Counted from the first letter of the stretch, positions 1 through 9,106 are shown. The stretch: 64,000 bases of DNA from Candidatus Levybacteria bacterium RIFCSPHIGHO2_01_FULL_37_17 (GCA_001782035.1 MFNL01000001.1:277012-341011); one strand, 5' to 3'. Made by a program: numbers and translations. Notes: generated by a model not told the origin, from the letters alone.

Positions 1-1
1 T

Positions 2-892
2 TTGGATAATTCAAAACCAGATGGCGCAGAAGTCGATTACGCTTCGGTCCCAGAGTTTTTAAGAGAAGGAAGTGCAATTTTAGATACCACCAAACCTGAT
101 AGAGTGGTAATAGGTACAGAAAGCAAGAGAGCTCAAGACCTTCTAATAAAGGTTCACGAACCTATTAATGCGCCACTTGTTTTAACTAATTTTGAAACAG
201 CAGAACTAATAAAATACGCGGCTAATTCTTTTTTAGCTATGAAAATTTCCTATGCAAATACGATTGCTAAGCTTTCAGAACTTTTGGGTGCTGACGCTCT
301 ACGTGTTTTAGAAGGAATCGGAAAAGATAAAAGAATTGGCGATATGTTTTTATCGCCTGGCCCAGGGTATGGTGGAAGTTGCTTTCCAAAAGACGTAAAA
401 GCATTGATTTCAATAGCTAAAGATGTAGATTATTCATTTTCACTCCTTGAAGACGTAGAAAACATCAATCATCAAGCAAAAAGAGATATAGTCAAGAAAG
501 CAAGAAAAGCTTTAGGAGACTTAAGAGGTAAAAAAATAGGCATTTTAGGTCTTGCTTATAAAGCAAACACAGATGATATGAGAGATGCTCCTTCCATCGA
601 TATTATTAATTTGCTTCAAAACGATGGCGCGAAAATTACAGCATTTGATCCCAAGGCTCAACAAAATGCAAAAACGGTGTTGAAAGATATTGATTACAAA
701 GAAGATGCTTATTCTGTTGCAGATGGAGTGGATTTATTGATAATTCTAACAGAGTGGAGTGAATTTAAGGAGCTAGACATTAATAACTTAAAGAAAAAAA
801 TGAGAGCACTAAATATAATTGATGGAAGAAACCTTTATGATCCCGAAAGATTAAGAAAAAAAGGATTCAACTATATTGGTATAGGAAGGTAA
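2..892 (+). CDS. ugd: UDP-glucose 6-dehydrogenase (nucleotide-sugar dehydrogenase), 5' end truncated by window edge
   Basis: Catalytic-site motif GGSCFPKD and C-terminal UDPG/MGDP dehydrogenase domain; ORF runs off the window start. Confidence 0.85.
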   Translation: MDNSKPDGAEVDYASVPEFLREGSAILDTTKPDRVVIGTESKRAQDLLIKVHEPINAPLVLTNFETAELIKYAANSFLAMKISYANTIAKLSELLGADALRVLEGIGKDKRIGDMFLSPGPGYGGSCFPKDVKALISIAKDVDYSFSLLEDVENINHQAKRDIVKKARKALGDLRGKKIGILGLAYKANTDDMRDAPSIDIINLLQNDGAKITAFDPKAQQNAKTVLKDIDYKEDAYSVADGVDLLIILTEWSEFKELDINNLKKKMRALNIIDGRNLYDPERLRKKGFNYIGIGR

Positions 893-1848
893 TGAATAAA
901 AAAATTTTAATTACTGGAGCTTCTGGATTTGCAGGAAGTTATTTAGCTCGCACTCTTTCCACAAAAAAAAATAATCAGATATTTGGCACATATCTTAATG
1001 AAAACAGTAAGTTAACGCTTTCAGACTTACCGAATTTAAACCTAATTCAAGTTGACTTAATGGATATACATGCAGTTTTTGATTCCATAAAAGCGATATC
1101 GCCAGATGAAGTTTATCACCTAGCAGCTTTAACATCCCCAAAACAAAGCTTCGAAGAACCTACCAAAGTTTTAACCAATAATATTGAGGCCCAGGTGAAT
1201 CTTTTGGAAGCAGTTAGAAAGCTGAATTTAAGTTCTAAGATTCTAATTGTTTCTTCAGCCGAAGTTTATGGCAAAGTGAATCCCAAAGATATGCCCATAG
1301 ATGAAAAAACTCCTTTAAATCCTACTAGTCCTTATGCTGTTTCTAAAATTGCACAAGACTATTTGGGTTTACAATATTTTCTTTCATATGGCCTTAAAAT
1401 TGTAAGAGCAAGACCGTTTAATCACATAGGGCCTGGGCAAACCGAAACTTTTTCCGTTGCGGCTTTTGCAAAAAAAATAGCAGAAATTGAAAAAGGAAAA
1501 TCAGAACCCGTGCTAAAGGTAGGCAATTTGGAGTCCAAAAGAGATTTTACGGATGTTGAAGACATGGTTAATGCATACCATTTACTTATGCAGCATGGAA
1601 AAGAAGGAGAAGTCTACAATCTTGGTTCAGGAAGAAATTTTAAGATGTCTGAGATTTTGGACATGTTGCTTTCCTTATCTAGTAAAAAAATTGAAGTAAA
1701 AAAAGAACCGAGCCTTTTTCGACCAGGCGATAACCCAGAGCTTGTATGTGACGCAACTAAAATAAACGCACTAACAGGCTGGACAGCTACTATACCAATA
1801 GAAGCAACATTAAAGAAAATTCTGGATTTCTGGAGAGAAAAAGCTTAA
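892..1848 (+). CDS. NAD-dependent epimerase/dehydratase (SDR), probably GDP-4-keto-6-deoxy-D-mannose reductase (Rmd-like) or GDP-fucose synthase-like
   Basis: N-terminal Rossmann motif TGASGFAGSYL, YxxxK-type SDR fold, ~318 aa; sits convergent and adjacent to gmd. Confidence 0.6.
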   Translation: MNKKILITGASGFAGSYLARTLSTKKNNQIFGTYLNENSKLTLSDLPNLNLIQVDLMDIHAVFDSIKAISPDEVYHLAALTSPKQSFEEPTKVLTNNIEAQVNLLEAVRKLNLSSKILIVSSAEVYGKVNPKDMPIDEKTPLNPTSPYAVSKIAQDYLGLQYFLSYGLKIVRARPFNHIGPGQTETFSVAAFAKKIAEIEKGKSEPVLKVGNLESKRDFTDVEDMVNAYHLLMQHGKEGEVYNLGSGRNFKMSEILDMLLSLSSKKIEVKKEPSLFRPGDNPELVCDATKINALTGWTATIPIEATLKKILDFWREKA

Positions 1849-2855
1849 TGTATTTTGAATCGCTCCAAATCGGCGTCAACCATTAATTTCATGAGATCTT
1901 CAAAGGACGTTTTAGGTTCCCAACCCAAATCTTTTTTTGCCTTTAAATAATCTCCTTTAAGCTCTTTAATTTCTGTTGGTCGAAGCAACCCTTTATTTGA
2001 GACAACATGATCTTCCCAATTGAGTCCTACATATTCAAAAGCGATTTTACACGCGTCTTTGACGGAATAAGAAGTATTAGTAGCAATTACGTAATCTTTG
2101 GGCTCTTTATTTTGTAACATAAGCCACATAGCTTCTACATAATCTTTCGCATATCCCCAGTCTCTTTGGGCGTCTAAATTTCCAAGGTGTAATTTACCAG
2201 CTGCATCTACTAAAGGCTCTCCCAATTCGTTTAAAGGAGGGTTTTTAACTCCATTCTTTATGCAGGCCACTGCAGCAGAAATTTTTCTTGTTACGAAATG
2301 TAAGCTTCTTCTTGGGCTCTCGTGATTAAATAGAATTCCTCCGCATGCAAACATTTTATATGATTCTCTGTAACATCTTACCATCATGTGCGCATACGCC
2401 TTAGCAATGCCATAAGGGTTATTTGCATCAAAAAAAGTTTCCTCGTTAGCCGCTTCTGCTTTAATATTGCCATAAATTTCCCTACTAGTTGCCTGGTAAA
2501 ATCTCGCGTCGGGCGCAAAATGCCGAACAGCCTCCAATACTCTTACCGGTCCAAGTCCCGTTACTTCTCCGGTATAAAAAGGATGAGACCAACTATCATG
2601 TGGTACGCTCTGTGATGCTATATTGTAAACCTCATTTGGTTTTGAGACAGTTACAGCACGCGCAAGTGACTCTCCATCTATTAGGTCTGCTGCCTCGATT
2701 TTAATTTTGCCGTAAAGCGGCGTTAAGTTCTCCTGATAAAAATTAGTTGATCTTCTGATTGTGCCCGTAACCTCATAACCCTTTTCTAATAGAAGTTCTG
2801 CAAGGTAAGATCCGTCTTGGGAAGAGACACCAATAATAAGCGCACGTTTGGCCAT
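1845..2855 (-). CDS. gmd: GDP-mannose 4,6-dehydratase
   Basis: N-terminus ALIIGVSSQDGSYLAELLLEKGYEVTG is near-canonical Gmd; length 336 aa. Confidence 0.9.
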   Translation of the reverse strand: MAKRALIIGVSSQDGSYLAELLLEKGYEVTGTIRRSTNFYQENLTPLYGKIKIEAADLIDGESLARAVTVSKPNEVYNIASQSVPHDSWSHPFYTGEVTGLGPVRVLEAVRHFAPDARFYQATSREIYGNIKAEAANEETFFDANNPYGIAKAYAHMMVRCYRESYKMFACGGILFNHESPRRSLHFVTRKISAAVACIKNGVKNPPLNELGEPLVDAAGKLHLGNLDAQRDWGYAKDYVEAMWLMLQNKEPKDYVIATNTSYSVKDACKIAFEYVGLNWEDHVVSNKGLLRPTEIKELKGDYLKAKKDLGWEPKTSFEDLMKLMVDADLERFKIH

Positions 2856-2925
2856 CAGCTAATACTTTAGCAGAGAGTTTTCTTTTCTACAATAGGTTTT
2901 TTAAAATAGATTTGATAGAATAAAT

Positions 2926-3882
2926 TTGATGGAAACTTGCTTAGTAGCAGGAGGTGGTGGATTTATTGGTTCTCATCTGTGTGAAAGTTTACTTGATGAG
3001 AATTTCAGGGTAATTTGTGTCGACAATTTTATTACCGGAGACAAGTCTAATATTAAACACCTTAGCTTAAATAAAAATTTCTTATTAATTGAAGATGATA
3101 TTATAAAAAGGAAAGAATATGACATTGCAAAAACAAACTATATTTTCCATTTGGCCTCTCCCGCTTCTCCAAATTTAAAAAGTAAAAAAAGTTACATTAA
3201 CTTTCCACTTGAGACTCTGCTTGTGAATAGTCTAGGAACTTATAATCTCTTAGAAGTTGCTCTAAAAAGTAATGCCAAATTTCTCTACACATCAACGTCG
3301 GAAGTATATGGAGATCCGGCAATTTCACCACAAACGGAAACATATTTTGGAAATGTAAATCCAAACGGCATAAGATCTCCGTATGATGAGTCTAAAAGAT
3401 TTGGCGAATCAATAACTATGACCTACTTTAGAAAGTTTAACTTGGACAGTCGTATCATAAGAATTTTTAATACGTATGGACCAAGAATGCAAAAGGATGA
3501 CGGTAGAGTGGTTTCTAATTTTATTAACCAAGCATTAGAGAATAGGCCAATAACAATATATGGAGATGGTGCTCAAACAAGAAGTTTTTGCTTTGTGAGC
3601 GACATGGTCGAGGGTATAAAGAGGGCTATGTTTAACGAAGAAACATCAGGAGAGGTAATTAATTTAGGAAACCCAACGGAGAAATCAATTCTTGATTTTG
3701 CAAAATTAATAATACAACTTACCCAATCATCCTCAGAGCTCTTATTTGAAGAGCTTCCACAAGACGATCCTAAAAAAAGAAATCCCGATATAACAAAAGC
3801 AAAAAAAATACTCAATTGGGAGCCAAAAATTGAGCTTGAGAAAGGAATCGTTAAGACAATACAATATTATAAAGAATTATGA
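2926..3882 (+). CDS. UDP-glucuronate decarboxylase (UDP-xylose synthase / ArnA-decarboxylase-like SDR)
   Basis: GGGGFIGSHL Rossmann motif plus VDNFITG motif typical of UXS family; 318 aa; follows ugd. Confidence 0.8.
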   Translation: MMETCLVAGGGGFIGSHLCESLLDENFRVICVDNFITGDKSNIKHLSLNKNFLLIEDDIIKRKEYDIAKTNYIFHLASPASPNLKSKKSYINFPLETLLVNSLGTYNLLEVALKSNAKFLYTSTSEVYGDPAISPQTETYFGNVNPNGIRSPYDESKRFGESITMTYFRKFNLDSRIIRIFNTYGPRMQKDDGRVVSNFINQALENRPITIYGDGAQTRSFCFVSDMVEGIKRAMFNEETSGEVINLGNPTEKSILDFAKLIIQLTQSSSELLFEELPQDDPKKRNPDITKAKKILNWEPKIELEKGIVKTIQYYKEL

Positions 3883-5009
3883 ACGCAACAGTTGTGATAC
3901 CCACATATAATGAGAAGGGAAATGTAGAAAGATTAATAGAAATTCTTGAAAAGGACATTTTTCCGCAAGTTAAAAACTACAATATGAACATTCTTGTGGT
4001 TGACGATAACTCGCCTGATGGTACCCAAGAAGTAGTAAGAGATTTAATAAAAAAATACAAAAATATCGAAATATCAGTGGGTACTAAAAGAGGGCTCGGC
4101 GCTGCGTATGTTAGAGGAATGAACCACGCAATAGAAAACATGAATGCAGACATATTGTTTGAAATGGATGCGGATTTTTTTCATGATCCTAATAAAATTC
4201 CGGAATTTTTGGAAAAAATAGACAAAGGTTTTGATTTTGTTATCGGCACGAGATACAGCCAAGGAGGTTCAATCCCAAAAGATTGGGGACTTCACAGAAA
4301 AATCATGTCTGTATGGGGGAATATTTTTATAAAACTTCTTTTTGGAAGAGAAGGAATTAATGATTGGACAGGTGGATACAGGGCTGTAAAAAAAGAGGTA
4401 TTTTTAAAAGAGAGAGATAAGTTGGGTGCATTTACCGGCTACACTTTTCAGGTTGGCTTTTTGTGGAATGCTGTAAAAGATGGGTTTAAGGTAGCTGAGG
4501 TTCCTTTTAATGCTGAAGATAGAACACATGGTAAATCTAAAATCCCAGGATTTCAAACAATTATACGCACCTTGTCTTTTGTTATTAAGGTTAGGATACT
4601 TGAAGTTGTTTCCGGATCTTTTGGAAAATTTTTGGTGGTAGGAGGAATAGGTTTCACTCTCCAATTTGTAATATATTGGTATTTAGCTCATAATACAAAC
4701 CTTCTTCTTGGCGTTGCCAGTTGGCTTGCGGCGCAGCTTGCTATATTCTCCAATTATAATTTAAATAATTTATGGACCTTTAGGGAAAGAAGAGCTCACT
4801 CATTTTTATCATATTTAATTAAGATGTCTGGATTTTTTATCTCATCCAATATTGGCGTAATTGTAATACAGTCAGGTATTGTGCAATTGAGTGAATTTTT
4901 ATTTGGAAGAAAGTATCCTCTTGTTTATTTTGTTGTTGCAACAGGAGTTTTGCTTTTATACAATTTTACAATGTACAGTAAGGTTATTTGGAGAAGAAAG
5001 CCTCGTTAA
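3879..5009 (+). CDS. GT2 polyprenol-phosphate glycosyltransferase (DPM1/ArnC-like) fused to C-terminal GtrA-like membrane domain
   Basis: VVIPTYNE...VVDDNSPDGT GT-A motifs, DAD (DxD) motif, four C-terminal TM helices like GtrA; start overlaps upstream stop. Confidence 0.8.
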   Translation: MNATVVIPTYNEKGNVERLIEILEKDIFPQVKNYNMNILVVDDNSPDGTQEVVRDLIKKYKNIEISVGTKRGLGAAYVRGMNHAIENMNADILFEMDADFFHDPNKIPEFLEKIDKGFDFVIGTRYSQGGSIPKDWGLHRKIMSVWGNIFIKLLFGREGINDWTGGYRAVKKEVFLKERDKLGAFTGYTFQVGFLWNAVKDGFKVAEVPFNAEDRTHGKSKIPGFQTIIRTLSFVIKVRILEVVSGSFGKFLVVGGIGFTLQFVIYWYLAHNTNLLLGVASWLAAQLAIFSNYNLNNLWTFRERRAHSFLSYLIKMSGFFISSNIGVIVIQSGIVQLSEFLFGRKYPLVYFVVATGVLLLYNFTMYSKVIWRRKPR

Positions 5010-6586
5010 TGCAGCAGAGAATTTCAAAATTAAGACACCTAATAGTAAATAATTTACCTGTCATATTAATTTTAATATTGGCATCTTTTTATCGCCTTTA
5101 CAGAATAGAAGATTATATGACTTTTTTGGGAGATGAGGGAAGAGATGTTTTGGTGGTCTACAATATTTTACATGGAAAGTTGACACTTCTTGGGCCTACT
5201 TCTTCGGTTGGTGGATTTTTTCTTGGGCCTATTTATTATTATTTCATGGCACCTTTCTTGTGGCTTTTTAATTACAACCCGGTTGGGCCTGCTATCGGGG
5301 TAGCGTTAATCGGAATTGCAACAGTTTTTTTGCTTTATAAAATCGCTCTCACCCTTTTTAATAAAAGGATAGCCCTGATTGCTTCATTTCTATATTCCAT
5401 TTCTCCTCTTGTAGTTACTTACTCACGGTCATCTTGGAATCCAAATCCAATGCCTTTTGTTTCACTGCTTACGCTTATAAGCGTATTTTACGCGATTAAA
5501 AAGAATTCACTCAAATTATTTGTAATGTGCGGATTTTTAATGGGAATCGCGTTTCAACTTCATTATCTAGCGTTATTCTTAGGTACAATAGTTCTCTTTT
5601 ATGTCTTATTTACAACTGTATATAAATCAAATCTTAAACGTTCAATAGAACAATTTATTAAACGAGTAGGAGCAATATTCTTAGGATTGATTATCGGTTG
5701 GTCTCCTTTTTTGGCTTTCGAGATAAGACACGATTTTATTGATTTTAAAAATGTATTTAACTTCGTTGTCCATTCTCAGGACACAGGAGTAAGCTCGGGC
5801 CTATTTTCCATAATTTATGATTTATTCTTCAGGCTTTTTGCTCGAACTATTTTTGGATTTCCTCCGATAGAACACACAGGTATATATGGTAACAGCATAC
5901 TTTGGGCCTGGAGTATGCTTGCCTTGGCGATAGGCGTTTTATCAGTTGTGATTTTACTGTCAAATTTTTATAAATCTTTAAAAGTAAAAAATGAGAATTT
6001 TTATAAATATGCACTGCTTACCTTCTGGTTAATTATAGGCATCTCTCTTTTTGGACTTTATAAAAAAGCCATTTATGATTATTACTTAGCGTTTCTATTT
6101 CCATTACCGTTTATTCTTGTTGCAATTTTATTTGACTACATATACCTTAATAAAAAAATTTTAATGCAAAAACTTTTAGTACTAATTCTTATCATTTTAA
6201 TAGTATTTTTGAATTTAAGAAGCATACCTTTTCAATACGAGCCAAACAGACAATTAAACCAGATGAAAAGCATTGCAAAGTTTGTGGAAGATAAAACACA
6301 AGGCAAGCCATTTAATTTCGCACTAATTACAGGAGGAAATTCGGACCATGCCTACAGATATTTTTTTACAATTTGGAATCATGCGCCAATTACAATAGAA
6401 GATCCAGTACACGACCCGCAACGCAAAACCATTACGAGTCAACTTTTTGTAGTATGCGAGAGTCTTCCATGTGAACCATTGGGACATTCATTATGGGAAG
6501 TTGCAGGATTTGGTAGAGCAGAAATTGTAGGAAAATGGAATGTTTCAGTTGTAGAAATTTATAAACTGGTTCATTATAGGGAATGA
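5009..6586 (+). CDS. ArnT/PMT_2-like GT-C membrane glycosyltransferase
   Basis: Polytopic membrane protein ~525 aa with GT-C architecture directly downstream of GT2-GtrA gene; probable start at TAATG overlap (ORF-track ATG at 4988 overlaps upstream gene). Confidence 0.65.
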   Translation: MQQRISKLRHLIVNNLPVILILILASFYRLYRIEDYMTFLGDEGRDVLVVYNILHGKLTLLGPTSSVGGFFLGPIYYYFMAPFLWLFNYNPVGPAIGVALIGIATVFLLYKIALTLFNKRIALIASFLYSISPLVVTYSRSSWNPNPMPFVSLLTLISVFYAIKKNSLKLFVMCGFLMGIAFQLHYLALFLGTIVLFYVLFTTVYKSNLKRSIEQFIKRVGAIFLGLIIGWSPFLAFEIRHDFIDFKNVFNFVVHSQDTGVSSGLFSIIYDLFFRLFARTIFGFPPIEHTGIYGNSILWAWSMLALAIGVLSVVILLSNFYKSLKVKNENFYKYALLTFWLIIGISLFGLYKKAIYDYYLAFLFPLPFILVAILFDYIYLNKKILMQKLLVLILIILIVFLNLRSIPFQYEPNRQLNQMKSIAKFVEDKTQGKPFNFALITGGNSDHAYRYFFTIWNHAPITIEDPVHDPQRKTITSQLFVVCESLPCEPLGHSLWEVAGFGRAEIVGKWNVSVVEIYKLVHYRE

Positions 6587-6867
6587 AAAAAAGTTTTTAC
6601 GATAAATTTACAAAAGAAGAGCTTATTTTAAGAGATCATTTGGCAATAGATAGAACTGTTCTTTCAAATGAGTCTACATTTCTTGCCTATATACGCACAT
6701 CTCTTGCAGTAATTGCGGCTGGAGGAACCTTGATTCATTTCTTTTCGGAAGTTTACATAAAGCTATTTGGCGCATTTTTAATTTTATCCGGAATTTTTAT
6801 TTTATTGTGGGGGTATAGGCGGTTTAAGCAAATGGATAGAGAGATTAAGAGAATAAGAAAAAAATAA
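6583..6867 (+). CDS. DUF202 (YidH-like) small membrane protein
   Basis: DHLAIDRTVLSNESTFLAYIRTSLAV matches the DUF202 signature; two TM helices. Confidence 0.65.
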   Translation: MKKSFYDKFTKEELILRDHLAIDRTVLSNESTFLAYIRTSLAVIAAGGTLIHFFSEVYIKLFGAFLILSGIFILLWGYRRFKQMDREIKRIRKK

Positions 6868-6900
6868 TCCAAATTGCGGCTCAAAGACCCCTGCTGCGAT

Positions 6901-7524
6901 TCATTTATCTAAGGGTTTTGAATAAGATAAATATTTTCCAGGAGCAACATCAAGATAAGTTGTAATACTACCTTTACTAAACTTTGACTCGATGACACGA
7001 TATGGATATGGTTCCCATTGTGAAATTTCAGAAAATAACCTACTAAGTCCCTCCAATACATCTCCTTCTTCAACACTATACTCGCCGATCCATCTTCTCT
7101 GTTTAGGAGGCGCCTCTTCGACTACCGCGTTGGAACTGTTTAAGAGTTCAATGTTTGGTCGACCCGGAAATCCGAGGTTTAAATTTCTTCCCACAAAAAT
7201 ATATTCAGGCTCAGATTTGCTGGAATAAGGAGCTATTTTGCCCAGAATTCTCAACACAACTGTTGTAGTTGAGCCGGGAGTAAATTCTTGAGTATAAAAT
7301 ATTTCTGCATGCCTATCGTCATAAGCATGTACATATCTTCCGCAATGAATAAATCGAGACCCAAAGCCCCCCACATTTACAAAATTGTTTCCTTCTTGGT
7401 TTATTTTGTTTCTAAACGCGTCCATCACTGCCTCGAAATAATCAGCATGCTCCGCGTTTGCTATCCTTTCACCTCTTACTTGTTGAACAATATCTCTTTC
7501 TTTCATAACTAGGGGATTATACAT
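6901..7524 (-). CDS. hypothetical protein (207 aa), no recognised family
   Basis: Long clean ORF, divergent from C39-like peptidase gene; contains R...STT...EPEY ordered motifs (see findings). Confidence 0.5.
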   Translation of the reverse strand: MYNPLVMKERDIVQQVRGERIANAEHADYFEAVMDAFRNKINQEGNNFVNVGGFGSRFIHCGRYVHAYDDRHAEIFYTQEFTPGSTTTVVLRILGKIAPYSSKSEPEYIFVGRNLNLGFPGRPNIELLNSSNAVVEEAPPKQRRWIGEYSVEEGDVLEGLSRLFSEISQWEPYPYRVIESKFSKGSITTYLDVAPGKYLSYSKPLDK

Positions 7525-7647
7525 CCTTATAAATTTATATATTTATATAATATTAATGACCTCAAAATGAGCCATTTTACCTCTTGACAAATAAAATATA
7601 GGCCTAATTTTGCCTCTAGTATATAAATATTTAAAATCTACAATTGA

Positions 7648-8046
7648 GTGATGAAAGCTGTAATGCAGGAACACTTTTCTGGTTGCGCTGTTGCTTGCGT
7701 TGCTTTTATATTGAAAACTAGCTATCGAAAAGCACTCAAAAGTTTTGAAAAGGGAACTGAAAAAGCGAAATTTAAAGGATTCTATTGTAATGAAATCATT
7801 CAAGCACTGAAGAAAAATAGTTATCAATATTCATTTAAATATGTAAAGAGAAGAAAAAATCATGAGTATCCAATTGGAACAATAATTTTCTTACAAAAAG
7901 ATTCAAAGTACCCGGCCGGTCATTTTGTTGCTAATACCTCGATGGGGTGGATGGACCCTTGGATAAACTTCCCGAATTTAAGCGCTAGAGCAGGTTTTAG
8001 AAAAAGAATAAAAGGCATCCCAGTATATGCAATACTTCCAGAGTAA
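7648..8046 (+). CDS. papain-fold cysteine peptidase, C39-like domain (standalone)
   Basis: Q7...GCAVACVAFIL (Cys13)...AGHFVA (His)...WMDPW (Asp-Pro) in the spacing/order of the C39 Q-C-H-D catalytic set. Confidence 0.55.
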   Translation: MMKAVMQEHFSGCAVACVAFILKTSYRKALKSFEKGTEKAKFKGFYCNEIIQALKKNSYQYSFKYVKRRKNHEYPIGTIIFLQKDSKYPAGHFVANTSMGWMDPWINFPNLSARAGFRKRIKGIPVYAILPE

Positions 8047-8097
8047 CAATTCTCTCTTACTCAAGATATACTAGTATATTTGTAGTAAGGAAATTAT

Positions 8098-8131
8098 ATA
8101 AAAAACCCCTTTTCGAAATGAGGGGTTTTTT
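8098..8131. terminator. bidirectional Rho-independent terminator
   Basis: A-run, CCCCT stem, 10-nt loop, AGGGG stem, T6 run (aaaaaaCCCCTtttcgaaatgAGGGGtttttt); lies between convergent genes 7648..8046(+) and 8151..8297(-). Confidence 0.7.
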
Positions 8132-8150
8132 ATGTTCGTAAAAAATTAAA

Positions 8151-8297
8151 TTAAGCCGCGCCGATTCTAAACATCATTGTTCCACAATCCGGACACTTTG
8201 CTTTCATTGCTGGTTTACCATTCTTCATTGTTACTCTCTCCGGATTATCAACCTCTTTCTTTGCTCGGTCTTTTACGCAATACATTGTAACTGCCAT
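8151..8297 (-). CDS. DUF5679 zinc-ribbon mini-protein (48 aa), not in ORF track
   Basis: Manual translation: MAVTMYCVKDRAKKEVDNPERVTMKNGKPAMKAKCPDCGTMMFRIGAA; MYCVK...CPxCGT..FRIG pattern of DUF5679; strong SD GGGGGTGAG 5 nt upstream of ATG. Confidence 0.75.
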   Translation of the reverse strand: MAVTMYCVKDRAKKEVDNPERVTMKNGKPAMKAKCPDCGTMMFRIGAA

Positions 8298-8315
8298 AAG
8301 CTCACCCCCTTTCGA

Positions 8316-8579
8316 CTAATAGGATATTCCCGGTAATTTAATTAAATGATTTTTGAGAATTAAAAATAATATAATTTGTAGTCCTATTATGGTTGATGAA
8401 AGTAATGCAGTTCTTATTAAATCTTTCTTTAAATAAGGATACGCATTAAGCTGAACTTTAATTTCGCTTTGAACTATCGTTGGATTAGCGTCATAAGTAA
8501 GCCGGGGTGATGGATGGTTAAATTGGTGTCGGATATCGGCTAGCTTTTTTTGTTCGCGTGTTTTTCTTTTCCTGCTCAC
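8316..8579 (-). CDS. hypothetical small membrane protein (basic N-terminus, one C-terminal TM)
   Basis: ORF ends 18 nt upstream of the DUF5679 gene on the same strand, so likely co-transcribed. Confidence 0.4.
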   Translation of the reverse strand: MSRKRKTREQKKLADIRHQFNHPSPRLTYDANPTIVQSEIKVQLNAYPYLKKDLIRTALLSSTIIGLQIILFLILKNHLIKLPGISY

Positions 8580-8600
8580 ACTAGAGGCAAGGTTACACTA

Positions 8601-8630
8601 TTGACACAAAGCCTGTCAAGAGGCTAAGAT
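8601..8630 (+). promoter_or_regulatory. candidate sigma70-type promoter (TTGACA-N18-TAAGAT)
   Basis: Hexamers read directly from sequence 11-40 nt upstream of the DUF4446 start. Confidence 0.3.
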
Positions 8631-8640
8631 AAATTTTAAT

Positions 8641-9105
8641 ATGCCTGACAATATACTGTTTCTTCTTTTCGCTAGCGCGTTTGTTTGGCTAGGCGCATTA
8701 ACTTTTTTTTTCATTCGTCTTCTAACCCACTACAACAGTCTTTCTAAGGGGGTAAGTCAGAAAAGCTTAAAATCAATTCTTGAGGATTTGTTAAAAGATG
8801 TAGATTTAAATAAAAAAGATATTGAATATCTAAAGAGCTATGCATCAAAAATAGACAAACAGGGGTCTTTGCATGTACAAAAAATTGGCTTACTCCGATT
8901 TAATCCGTTTAAAGACACTGGTGGTGACCAAAGCTTTATTCTTTCTTTGATAGACGGAAATAACAGCGGAGTAATAATTTCTGCCCTCTATTCAAGATCG
9001 GGTACAAGATGGTATGCTAAAAAGGTGATAGAGGGACAAGGAAGCGAATATGAATTATCGGATGAAGAAAAACAAGTCTTAAAAGATGCTGTCACATTAA
9101 ATTAA
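8641..9105 (+). CDS. DUF4446 family protein
   Basis: N-terminal TM helix and central RFNPFKDTGGDQSF...SALYSRSGTRWYAKKV block characteristic of DUF4446. Confidence 0.65.
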   Translation: MPDNILFLLFASAFVWLGALTFFFIRLLTHYNSLSKGVSQKSLKSILEDLLKDVDLNKKDIEYLKSYASKIDKQGSLHVQKIGLLRFNPFKDTGGDQSFILSLIDGNNSGVIISALYSRSGTRWYAKKVIEGQGSEYELSDEEKQVLKDAVTLN

Positions 9106-9106
9106 C

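Noticed and set aside
2388-2704. Plus-strand ORFs 2388..2615 and 2489..2704 inside gmd, and similar antisense ORFs throughout (3573..3815, 4074..4262, 4404..4664, 9694..10221, 11530..12177, 12623..12925, 13587..14018, 14193..14726, 15503..15730, 16040..16258, 17759..18058, 25396..25602, 28095..31445, 33595..33834, 36165..36380, 38945..39487, 40810..42933, 47881..48069, 48445..48672, 49057..49242, 51269..51574, 54094..54354, 55077..55277, 59960..60172, 62754..63811)
   Set aside because: All lie antisense to or within well-supported genes, lack RBSs and encode low-complexity peptides. They are typical shadow ORFs in an AT-rich genome.
6901-7524. Calling the 207-aa protein an ADP-ribosyltransferase toxin
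   Set aside because: Only an R...STT...ExE motif order supports it. The spacing, about 20 aa between STT and ExE, is shorter than in characterised ARTs. Left as hypothetical, with the idea noted in findings.
7543-7827. 94-aa minus-strand ORF across the divergent promoter and the C39-like gene start
   Set aside because: It is antisense to the better-supported peptidase gene and spans the AT-rich promoter region. Likely spurious.
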